Positions 40,001 to 52,308 of a stretch of 64,000 nt of DNA are shown one piece after another. Source of the DNA: Octopus vulgaris (Eukaryota); contig OX597814.1 in assembly GCA_951406725.2 (NCBI GenBank), positions 5,642,001 through 5,706,000 of the forward strand. The letters are read 5' to 3'. Each line of letters begins with the position of its first letter. Position 1 is the first letter of the stretch. A program made the position numbers and the translations under genes. The notes below the pieces were generated by a model, which did no database searches, had not been told where the DNA came from, and worked only from the letters and a program-made list of their open reading frames with translations.

Positions 40001-43000
40001 AGCCGGCAGTGACATCGACTACACTCGAATGATGCTTTTTATGTGCTACCAGCACAGGAGCCAGTGAGGTGGCACTGGCCATAATCACGCTCGAATGGTG
40101 CTTCTAATGTGCCACCATCATGGGTGCAAATCAGGCAGCACTGGAATTGGCCACGACAACGATTTCGCTTACTTCAACAGGTCTTCTCAAACACAGTTTA
40201 TTGCCCAATGATTGAAGGGTACTCTTAAATGGGCTGGTTATGCTGCACTGGCATAGGCCACGGTTACAGTCTCACTTGGCTTGCCTGGTCTTCTCAAGCA
40301 TAGCATATGTCCAAAGGTCTCGGTCACTTGTCATCACCTCCGTGAGGCCCAACGTTTGAAGGTCATGCTTCACCACCTCATCTCAGGTCTTCCTGGGTCT
40401 ACTACTTCCACAGGTTCCCTCCACTGTTAGAGTGTGACACTTTTTCACACAACTGACCTCATCCATTAGTGTCTCATGACCATACCAGTCGTCTCTCTTG
40501 CACACCACATCTGATGCTTCTTAAGTCCAACTCTTCTCTTAGGCCACTTACACTCTGTTGTGTATGCACACTGACATTACACATCCAGTGGAGCATACAA
40601 CCTTCATTTATTGCAAGCTTACGCATGTCCTCAGCAGTCACATCCCATGTAGCATGACTGTTCACATGCATGCGTCATACAGTCTACCTTTCACTCTGAG
40701 TGAGAGACCCTTTGTTACCAGCAGAGGTAGGAGCTTTCTGAACTTTGCCTGGTTTATGCTTATTCTAACAGTTATGCTCTCAGAGCATTCACCCCCTACT
40801 ACTGGGTTGGTCACCTAGGTAACAGAAGCTATCAACTACTTCTAGTTTTTCACCCTCGAATGTGATGTAAATTGTTTTCTGCACATCTTCAGTGTTTATT
40901 GCTCCTGAGCATCTGCCACACACAAAAACTATCTTCCCAGTTAGCCCCACCCCTTTGATATTGCTGCTTCTCTCATGTGTCTATATCTTATACCGGGTAC
41001 ATCTTATGGAGTTTCTATCTACACATTTCCTACAAATTGAGCAGGGCCATCTATCTGAAGGGATTTATGGGATGTCTGCCTTCTTACTAAGGCTTTGGTT
41101 TTTGCTAGATCGACTCTAAGGCCCTTCAATTTTTAGACCTTGCTTCCGCACATGAAATGTCTTCTCTAGTTCTGGTAGTGACTCAGCTATTAGAGCAAGG
41201 TCATCAGCATAGAGAAGCTTCCCAAGGGCAGACTGTCTTGAATTCCTCTTTTATTGTCTGGACGACTATGAAAGGGGCCTGAAGACCAATCCTTAGTGAA
41301 TCTCTACTTCTACCTGGAATTCTTCACTAGACTCATTGCCGACCCTTATCTTACTGACAGCATCCCTGTACATGGCTTGCACAGCTCTCACTAACCATTC
41401 ATCTATCCCTAGTTTCCTCATTGACCACCAGATAAAGGATTGGGGCACCCTGTCAAAGGCTTTCTCCATATCAACAAAAGCCAGATACAGAAGTTTATGT
41501 TTGGCTAGGTATTTCTCTTGCAGCTGTCTTACCAGAAATATAGCATCAGTGGTGCTTTTCCACGGCACAAACCCAAACTGCATCTCGTCTAAACTAACTC
41601 TCTCCCTAATTAGTTGGGCTACAACCCTCTCTGTGACTTTCATTACTTGATCCAACAACTTGATACATCTGTAATTATAGTATCTAATGCATCACCTTTA
41701 CCTTTGTAGCAGTTGACTAGTATGCTGCTACACCAGTCATTGGGTATGACTCCTTCATGTATCACCTCATTGACTATACAAGTGACTAGACTATAGCCTA
41801 CACCACCAGATATTTTAAGCACCTCTGCAGTGATTCCTGATGGACTGGGGCTTTCCCTGTCTTCATACTCTTAATTGCTTTATCTACCAAGGTACTGTAA
41901 ATTTAGATAGCTGGTCCCTATGTTGGGTCGACATTTGGCAGACTCTCTTTCTCCCATTCATTCTCTTCATTTGGCAACCTTTCATAGTGATGTCACCAAG
42001 TCTCTCTCTTTGCAGCATCATTAAATGCAAGTGAGCCATCCTCCATGCAGACACATTTCTCTCCTATGACATCACGATTCTCTCTCACACACTGTCTTGC
42101 AACATGAAGCACCTCAAGTCTTTGGTCCTCACTACGCAAAACATTGGCAAATTTTTTCCTTTAGTGCTGTTAAAATGTCCAACCCATGCCAGCATGGAAA
42201 CCAGATGTTAAATGATGATGATGATAATTCCATGTTTTATTTTGTTTTCTATTTCCTTTGTGTATTTCAAAATACATTTTTTGTAAATTCTAAAAATTTC
42301 AACATAAAACAACAAATACAGCAACCAACCTTTATTATTTTTGTCTCTGTAGGAAAAACAACAAAGTAAACGTCTTTGATCTGGCTTGAATTTTGATTTG
42401 AGTAGTTTTTCACTGCTTCATACATAATTCCAGGTAGTTCTTCAATGGGGTACCTCATTTTTCCAGTCCCTAATATAGGAAATGCCAGGCTTTTTGCTCC
42501 CATTCTCTCAGCAGTTTTTAGACAATTGGTTATTATTTGAGTCAAGTTTGCTAAAATCTATAAAAATAATTGTTTAGTAATTGATAATGAACATTTTATT
42601 AAATTATTTTCTTACTACAGGAAGGAATCATTAAGTTGTATTAAATATAATCCCCCTTCAGTTAGATGGCCCTGCTCGATCTGTAGAAAAGGCGTAGGGA
42701 GAAACTCCATAAGATGTACCCAGTCTAAGCTATGGACACATAAGAGGGGCAGAGGTATCAGAGGAAAGTTATCTGGGAAAATATTTTTTGTGTGTGGAAG
42801 GTGTAATAAACAGTAGAAATGTACAGAAAAGAGACTCCATCAAGTGACAGTGGGGAAAGTTAGAAGTAGTTGATAGCTCCTATTATCTAGGTGACCAAGT
42901 TAGTAGCGGAGGTGGATGCTCTGAAAGAATAGCTACTAGAATAAGACGAGGCCAGGCAAAGTGCAGAGAGCTTCTACTTCTGCTGGTAACAAAAGACCAT

Positions 43001-46000
43001 GAAGTTAGTGTGCTACACTGGATGTGCAATGCCATTGTGCGTGTACAACAGAGAGTAAGTGTCATGAGAGTCGAGAGAAAAAAATGGCCATAAGAGGCAT
43101 CAGATGTGGTGGTGGTGCAAGAGACACAACTGCATTGGTATGTGATGTGCACGGACAGGGACGGCTGTGTGAAGAAGTGATGATATCTAACTTTGGAGGG
43201 AACCTGTGGAAGACCCAGGAAAACATGGGATGAGGTGGTGAAGCATGACCTTTGAATGTTTGGGCCTCACAGAGGCAATCACTACTGACCGAGACTTTTG
43301 GCAATATACTGTGTGTGAGGGGACTAATCAGGTCTAGTGGAATCGTAGCTGAAGCCATGCCAGTGTCATGTAAAGGCTAGCTGTGAATGGTCATCGTGGT
43401 CACTGCCATATACATAACACCCATGCATCATACTTGTGCTCATTGATGGTGCCATGTAAATTGGGACGTGGGAATCATGACCAATGGTGATGCCATGCAA
43501 ATGGCACCTACGCATTGTGGTCATAGTCACTGTCGGTGCCATGTAAATTGCACCCATCCACGAATCATAGTTGTGGCTGTGGTCGGTCTCATGTGAATGG
43601 CGCCCATACTGGTGGTATGTAAAGGTACCCATTACACTCCTGGAATGGTTAGCGTTAGCAAGAACATCCAGCTCTAGAAACCATGCCAAATCAGACTGGA
43701 ACCTGGTGCAGCTCCTCAGCTTATCATCCCCCAGTTAAAATGTCCAACCCATGCCAGCATGGAAAGCAGACGTTAAAATATGATGATGATTTTGTTGTTC
43801 TAAACAGAAATGTTTTACAGATTTGAATAATAATAAACAACTTCGAGTGACTATTGGATTAACAGATCATGTGGTCATTGGATTAACACAGATCATGTGA
43901 CAGAAGGATCAACACAGATCATGTGATAGCAGAAAGTCTGGTCTGAGTGAAGATATGGATGCCATGAATGGAAAGAGAAATGTTCCAAGATTTGGTAGTT
44001 GCACAGTGTAATTCAGGTGGAATTTTGTAATTAACAAAAAAAAAAAAAAACAGTAATATGGAAGAGGGGAGATTAATTATTATTTACAAGAGGGAAATCT
44101 GGGTGAGAACATACTGCAAGAAGCAACAAAACCACCCACAAGGCAGGGTGCCACAGGCACAAAAGACTCTTCACTGCACACAAGAGACTATGGTTGAGTC
44201 GAAATGTTCAGGGAATATCTACAATAGAGTCTACATCAATTTCAAACAACCAGAATCCATGCTTTGGAAACTGTACAGAATACCACAACACCAGACTGTC
44301 ACACTGTAGCCCAAACTGTACATCACTGGACATCAAAGTACATGCTACTGTCTTGAAGCAGACGGAGGTGTTGTATGACTGGAAAAACATATCTGTGGAT
44401 TGTGCATAGTTTTATGGACAATTCCATTCATGCCACAGGGATGCTGGATCAATGATTACCTAGGGTTGTACAACAACTCTTTCAATAAAACAATATCATA
44501 TGATTGATACTTACTGAATCGGGGGAATCGTCATTCCAAAAGCGTAATGCCAGATGAAATACATTCTTACACTTGAGGTTGTATCCTTTAGTGATGGCTA
44601 TTTCAGATGCAGAAATACCTCGAGGATATTTCTGGTTACATTCGCTTTGTATCTCTGAACCAGCAGCATTGAGAATAAATTTGGAGACAGCACCTCTCTG
44701 AAGCTGGAGCTGTTTATTGCTGCTGTTAACGATGACATCAACCTAGAAAAGTAATTAATGGTAAACAACTAAGGAACATTCCGTGGAGAGAAGAGAGATA
44801 CATTGTTGCAGTTGATATTGTTGTTAAGAAAGGCTCTACAGAATGGCTGTAGTAAGTTTGAGGTTGTTAAAGTTAGCAAAAGATGTACTCAAGATATCAG
44901 ATGTGAAGGAAATAAAATGTTTGAGTTTGATTGAGAAAATGTTTTAATTAACTTTAATGATTCCTCATTTGGAAATGAAATAACAATTAAATATAAATAA
45001 GTTACATGAATCTATTTACTCACAGATGCATTAGAAATTGAATCAATCAATAGTTGTATTTTGATGCCAGCATTTTCTCTGGATGTCACAGTAGTTCTGT
45101 ATAACATGGAGGATAATTTCTGTAGTGAACCAGGAAAGGATGGGTTTGGTGATGGGGTATCTGAAAATAAACAAATAGCAATATATATATGTATAACAAC
45201 TCTCCTTTACAACTGTACACATGTTTCTGTTCTATTTCTGGTTATCTCTCTCTCTCCCTCTTCCCCTATGTCTCAGGCCAGGTAACCTTGTACCTCCTCC
45301 TCAGCAAGGCACATGTTTCTATCTCTCCATCTCACTCTAACATTTTATCATCTGACACAAGAACCCCTCCTGCAATGCCCCCTCTCCTCTCAAAGGATTC
45401 TTGTCTTGCAAGGTACTTGGTGACCCTGCCAGTGCTGGTGCCACTTAAAAAGCATCCAGTCCACACTGTAAAGTGGTTGGTGTTTGGAAGGGCATCCAAC
45501 AGTAGAAACCTTGCCAAAACTGACCTTGCCTGTGCTGGTGTCACATAAAAAGCAGTCAATCCACTCTGTGGGGTGGTTGGTGTTGGGAAGAGCATCCAGC
45601 CATAAAAACCATGTCAAAACAGACACAGATGTTTGGTGCGGTCTTCTTTCTGGCTAGCCCTGGTCAGACCATCCAACCCATGCCAGCAGGGAAAAAAGCT
45701 GTTAAATGACAAAGAAGATGATGGCGATGATATATATATTATCATCATCATCATCATTTAGCATCTGTTGTGCAAGCTGGCATGGGTTGGACAGTTTGAC
45801 CAGGTCTGGAAGGCTGCACCAGACCCCAATCTGATCTGGCATGGTGTCTACAGCTGGATGCCCTTCCTAATGCCAACCAATCCAAGAGTGTAGTGGGTGC
45901 TTTTACGTGCCACCAGCATGGGTGCCATTTGCACGACACTGGTATCTGCCCCGACTGCCATTTTACTTGGCTTCATGGCTCTTCTTCTTAAGCACGACAT

Positions 46001-49000
46001 AATGCCAAAGCACTCTGTCATTACTTCTGTGAGGCCCAACATTTGAAAGGTTGGCACGTGTGCCAGTTATGTGACACCAGCATCAACCACGACCATGATT
46101 TCACTTGGCTTCACAGGTCCTCTCAAGCACAGGACATTGCCAAAGGTCTTGATCACTAGTCAATACCTCTGTGAGGCCCAAAGTTTGAAGATCATGCTTC
46201 ACAACGTCGTCCCGTGTCTACCTCTACCACAGGTTCCCTCCACAGTTAGAAATCAGCACTTATTTACACAGCTGTCCTTGTCCAAACGCATCACATGACC
46301 ATACCAGTGCAGGCTTCTCTCTTGCACCACCACATCTGATGCCTCTTACACCCAGCTTTTCTCTAAAGATGTTTACACTCTGTTGAACATGCACATGGAC
46401 ATTGCACAGCCAATGAAGCATACAAGCTTCATTTCTTTCAACACTATGCATATCCTCAGCTGTAACAGTCCATGTTTCACTGCCATGTAGCATAGCCATT
46501 CACACACAATCTGCCTTTCACACACACACATGTATACACAAAACTTAAAGAATGGTATAGATAAGATCTGGGCTACAAGCGGAATATCAGAAGTGGTAAA
46601 TCTCCAAGCGAGGTGTATACTGCAGGCTACTCATCAGGCTGAGGGTATCTTGATTAAATAAATGTTTACATTGTAATAAGGAGGTACACGTTAACACATG
46701 GAAGACTCAGTCAGAATGAATAGAGAGCACAGAAGGAGAGGAGAACATAAATGGGGAGAGAAAGAAGAAGAAAAGAAAAAAAACATGTGAAGTGAGAGGA
46801 ATGAGGAATATAAATAAGGTCATTTGTCCAGTAGTATTCAATAAAGCTGCTAAGGTGGTATTTCATCTGTCTGTACGTCCTGAGTTCAAATTCCGCCGAG
46901 GTCGACTTTGCCTTTCATCCTTTCGGGGTCAATTAAATAAGTATCAGTTATGCACAGGGGTCGATATAATCGACTTAATCCATTTGTCTGTCCTTGTTTG
47001 TCCTCTCTGTGTTTAGCCCCTTGTGGGTAGTAAAGAAATAGGTATTTCGTCTGTTTTTACATTCTGAGTTCAAACTCCAGTGAGGTCGACTTTGCATTTC
47101 ATCCTTCCGGGGTCAATAAATTAAGTACCAGTTGTGTACTGGGGTCGATCTAATTGATTGGCCCCCTTCCACAAAAAATTTGGGCCTTGTGTCTAGAGTA
47201 GAAAAGATTATTCAATAGGGCTGCTTTGGTCGAATTGCAGAAGGGGAGAGGTATTAGAAAGGTAATGTGCGGGGAAGAGGGTGGGGAAATGTTTTTAGTG
47301 AAGAGGGAGACAAAAGTATGAAGAAAGCAAGAGAGAATGGAGAAGAATCATGGCGGCTACCACATGTGTCCAATTGGTGAATGTATATTGTGTGCTGGGA
47401 GCATGTTTACAGTATGAAGTAGGGGAGGTGTCTGTTGGCGGCTGTACCTGTAAGGTTATGAGCAGGAGTGGGGCGGCAGGTGAGATAATAGGAAAAAATG
47501 TTTAAATGGTATGGGAAAAATACAGAGAGAAGCAAGTAAATGGTAACATGGAATTAAAGGGAAGACATATTGCCGGTTTAATAATATGGCAGTAGTGAGG
47601 GGGGGCATAAGAGGGAAAATTTATGAAGGCTGGGGGGGGATGCGGAGTGTGGTTGTTGTGTTTAGAAAATGGATTTGGTGATCAAGTTTCTCAAATAAGA
47701 GACGTAGATTGGTTTGTTGGGGTAGGATGTGTGAAAAGTTTTCTTGTTAGGTGTGGGTGGAGCACACAGATCTGGGGCTAGGGGATAGCAGTGAGACAGG
47801 GCCAGGAGGACAGGACTGGGGAGTGGGAGGTAAGCCTAGTGCATGAAGGAGGAGATGTGAGGAAGAGATGTAGTTTGGTTTGTTGTGGTAGGGCATGCGA
47901 GAAGTTTTCTTGTTAGGTGTGGGTGGATCACACAGATCTGGGGCTAGGCGATAGCAGTGAGACAGGGCCAGGAGGACAGGATTGGGGAGTGGGAGGTAAG
48001 CCTAGTGCATGAAGGAGGAGATGTGAGGAAGAGATGTAGTTTGGTTTGTTGTGGTAGGGCATGCGAGAAGTTTTCTTGTTAGGTGTGGGTGGATCACACA
48101 GATCTGGGGCTAGGGGATAGCAGTGAGACAGGGCCAGGAGGACAGTATTGGGGAGTGGGAGGTAAGCCTAGTGCATGAAGGAGGAGATGTGAGGAAGAGA
48201 TGTAGTTTGGTTTGTTGTGGTAGGGCATGCGAGAAGTTTTCTTGTTAGGTGTGGGTGGATCACACAGATCTGGGGCTAGGGGATAGCAGTGAGACAGGGC
48301 CAGGAGAACAGGATTGGGGAGTGGGAGGTAAGCCTAGTGCATGAAGGAGGAGATGTGAGGAAGAGATGTAGTTGGGTTTGTTGTGGTAGGGCATGCGAGA
48401 AGTTTTCTTGTTAGGTGTGGGTGGAGCACACATATCTGGGGCTAGGGGATAGCAGTGAGACAGGGCCAGGAGGACAGGACTGGAGAGTGGGAGGTAAGCC
48501 TAGTGCATGAAGGAGGAGATGTGAGGAAGAGATGTAGTTGGGTTTGTTGTGGTAGGGCGTGCGAGAAGTTTTCGTGTTAAGTGTGGGTGGAGCACACAGA
48601 TCAGGAGCTAGGGGATAGCAGTGAGACAGGGCCAGGAGGACAGTATTGGGGAGTGGGAGGTAAGCCTAGTGCATGAAGGAGGAGATGTGAGGAAGAGATG
48701 TAGTTTGGTTTGTTGTGGTAGGGCATGCGAGAAGTTTCCGTGTTAAGTGTGGGTGGAGCACACAGATCTGGGGCTAGGGAATAGCAGTGAGACAGGGCCA
48801 GGAGGACAGGACTGGGGAGTGGGAGGTAAGCCTAGTGCATGAAGGAGGAGATGTGAGGAAGAGATGTAGTTAGGTTTGTTGTGGTAGGGCGTGCGAGAAG
48901 TTTTCTTGTTAAGTGTGGGTGGAGCACACAGATCTGGGGCTAGGGGATAGCAGTGAGACAGGGCCAGGAGGACAGGACTGGGGAGTGGGAGGTAAGCCTA

Positions 49001-52000
49001 GTGCATGAAGGAGGAGATGTGAGGAAGAGATGTAGTTGGGTTTGTTGTGGTAGGGCGTGCGAGAAGTTTTCTTGTTAAGTGTGGGTGGAGCACACAGATC
49101 TGGGGCTAGGGGATAGCAGTGAGACAGGGCCAGGAGGACAGGACCGGAGAGTGGGAGGTAAGCCTAGTGCATGAAGGAGGAGATGTGAGGAAGAGATGTA
49201 GTTAGGTTTGTCGTGGTAGGGCGTGCGAGAAGTTTTGGTGTTAAGTGTGGGTGGAGCACACAGATCTGGGGCTAGGGGATAGCAGTGAGACAGGGCCAGG
49301 AGGACAGGATTGGGGAGTGGGAGGTAAGCCTAGAGCATGAAGGAGGAGATGTGAGGAAGAGATGTAGTTTGGTTTGTTGTGGTAAGGCGTGCGAGAAGTT
49401 TTCGTGTTAAATGTGGGTGGAGAACACAGATCTGGGGCTAGGGGATAGCAGTGAGACAGGGCCAGGAGGACAGGACTGGAGAGTGGGAGGTAAGCCTAGT
49501 GCATGAAGGAGGAGATGTGAGGAAGAGATGTAGTTTGGTTTGTGGTGGTAGGGCGTGCGAGAAGTTTTCGTGTTAAGTGTGGGTGGAGCACACAGATCAG
49601 GGGCTAGGGGATAGCAGTGAGACAGGGCCAGGAGGACAGGACTGGGGAGTGGGAGGTAAGCCTAGTGCATGAAGGAGGAGATGTGAGGAAGAGATGTAGT
49701 TTGGTTTGTTGTGGTAGGGCGTGCGAGAAGTTTTCGTGTTAAGTGTGGGTGGAGCACACAGATCAGGGGCTAGGGGATCGCAGTGAGACAGGGCCAGGAG
49801 GACAGGACTGGGGAGTGGGAGGTAAGCCTAGTGCATGAAGGAGGAGATGTGAGGAAGAGATGTAGTTGGGTTTGTTGTGGTAGGGCGTGCGAGAAGTTTT
49901 CTTGTTAAGTGTGGGTGGAGCACACAGATCAGGAGCTAGGGGATAGCAGTGAGACAGGGCCAGGAGGACAGTATTGGGGAGTGGGAGGTAAGCCTAGTGC
50001 ATGAAGGAGGAGATGTGAGGAAGAGATGTAGTTTGGTTTGTTGGGGTAGGGCATGCGAGAAGTTTTCTTGTTAGGTGTGGGTGGAGAACACAGATCTGGG
50101 GCTAGGGGATAGCAGTGAGACAGGGCCAGGAGGACAGGACTGGGGAGTGGGAGGTAAGCCTAGTGCATGAAGGAGGAGATGTGAGGAAGAGATGTAGTTT
50201 GGTTTGTTGTGGTAGGGCGTGCGAGAAGTTTTCTTGTTAGGTGTGGGTGGAGCACACAGATCTGGGGCTAGGGGATAGCAGTGAGACAGGGCCAGGTGGA
50301 CAGGATTGGGGAGTGGGAGGTAAGCCTAGTGCATGAAGGAGGAGATGTGAGGAAGAGATGTAGTTTGGTTTGTTGTGGTAGGGCATGCGAGAAGTTTTCT
50401 TGTTAGGTGTGGGTGGAGCACACAGATCAGGGGCTAGGGGATAGCAGTGAGACAGGGCCAGGAGGACAGGACTGGGGAGTGGGAGGTAAGCCTAGAGCAT
50501 GAAGGAGGAGATGTGAGGAAGAGATGTAGTTTGGTTTGTTGTGGTAGGGCGTGCGAGAAGTTTTCGTGTTAAGTGTGGGTGGAGAACACAGATCAGGGGC
50601 TAGGGAATAGCAGTGAGACAGGGCCAGGAGGACAGGATTGGGGAGTGGGAGGTAAGCCTAGTGCATGAAGGAGGAGATGTGAGGAAGAGATGTAGTTTGG
50701 TTTGTTGTGGTAGGGCGTGCGAGAAGTTTTCTTGTTAGGTGTGGGTGGAGCACACAGATCTGGGGCTAGGGGATAGCAGTGAGACAGGGCCAGGTGGACA
50801 GGATTGGGGAGTGGGAGGTAAGCCTAGTGCATGAAGGAGGAGATGTGAGGAAGAGATGTAGTTTGGTTTGTTGTGGTAGGGCGTGCGAGAAGTTTCCGTG
50901 TTAAGTGTGGGTGGAGCACACAACACTTCCAGAATTCAGTTTTTACTGATGTGGCTGGGTCTTCTCAAGAACTTCATATCGCCAGACATCTTGGTAAATT
51001 GTCATTTCCTCCACGAGGCCCATCTTCCTGAGATCGGTCCTCACTATTTCATCCTGCATCTTCCTCGGTCTTCCTCTTCATCAGGTACCATCCACTTTCA
51101 GTGATCTGCACATCTTTATTCCAGCTGTCCTCATTCATACGCATCACATCTCCAAACCAATGTAGTCTCCTCTCTTGCAAGCTACACTTTATTCCTCTTA
51201 TGCCCAACTTTTCTCTCAATACATTTGCACTTTGCCGTACATGAACTTATGAATAGAAGCGGTGTCAGTCAGAAGCAAACATCTGTTTGCTGTTCTCACT
51301 GAAGATACTGAAGAAATTTTGGGCCATATACCTCCTTAATATAAGAGTACGAACCCTTGGCATCATTTCTGTCAGCTGCTTCTTGTGCCCCTTTTGCTCT
51401 ATCATTCTACCATTCCTGTTTAATTTTCTTTGGAGCAGTCTTCACTTTCCCTTTCAGCTTTCTGTAAGCTTTGAGTTGGGGTTCAATGACTGAGAAAGAA
51501 GTGTATTGCCTAAGTTTTTTTTTCTAAAAGTAGATCATGAATTTCTGCTGATCTGAGAACCAGTCACTGGACATATGTGATTTAAATCCCACTGACAAAC
51601 TTTTGTTTTGAAATCTTCCCATAGATTGTTTGGGCCAAGATTGATACTTTCTATAGCATTACTCTTTTACTCTTTTACTTGTTTCAGTCATTCGACTGCG
51701 GCCATGCTGGAGCACCGCCTTTAGTCGAGCAAATCGACCCCGGGACTTATTCTTTGTAAGCCCAGTACTTATTCTATCGGTCTCTTTTGCCGAAGTGACG
51801 GGAACGTAAACACACCAGAATCGGTTGTCAAGCAATGCTAGGGGAACAAACACAAACACACATACATACACATATATACGACAGGCTTCTTTCAGTTTCC
51901 GTCTACCAAATCCACTCACAAGGCATTGGTCAGCCCGGGGCTATAGCAGAAGACACTTGCTCAAGATGCCACGCAGTGGGACTGAACCCGGAACCATGTA

Positions 52001-52266
52001 GTTGGTTAGCAAGCTACTTACCACACAGCCACTCCTGCGCCTATATGGAATCTTTGCAAGTTGCTTGGTAATTAGAAGTTTGCAACATTTAACTTTTTGG
52101 GTACCTTAGGACCAGACTGTTGACTTTTAGACATTATGAAAAATTCCTTTTTCCACACACTAGACGATGGTCAGTCCAGCTCTCTGTTCCTCTCATGGCC
52201 CAAATCCAGGTTGTGCTGGATTACATGTTACCAGCAGCACTCAAGAGCAACCTGACATATATATAT

Positions 52267-52308
<42 letters not shown>

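Larger units (their letters stand above)
43790..45170. repeat. Segmental direct repeat of about 30815-32190 (intragenic macrodomain module duplication)
   Basis: Near-identical introns and paralogous exons at an offset of 12983 bp; 42270-42650 likewise matches 30420-30790. Confidence 0.97.

Noticed and set aside
47690-50921. CRISPR-like regular repeat (also 14848-15728)
   Set aside because: Head-to-tail units without unique spacers, no cas genes, eukaryotic context.
51250-51520. Possible extra PARP exon on the minus strand
   Set aside because: Translates as an RTE/BovB-type linker (AQEAADRNDAKG..IKEVYGP) with a stop; LINE debris.
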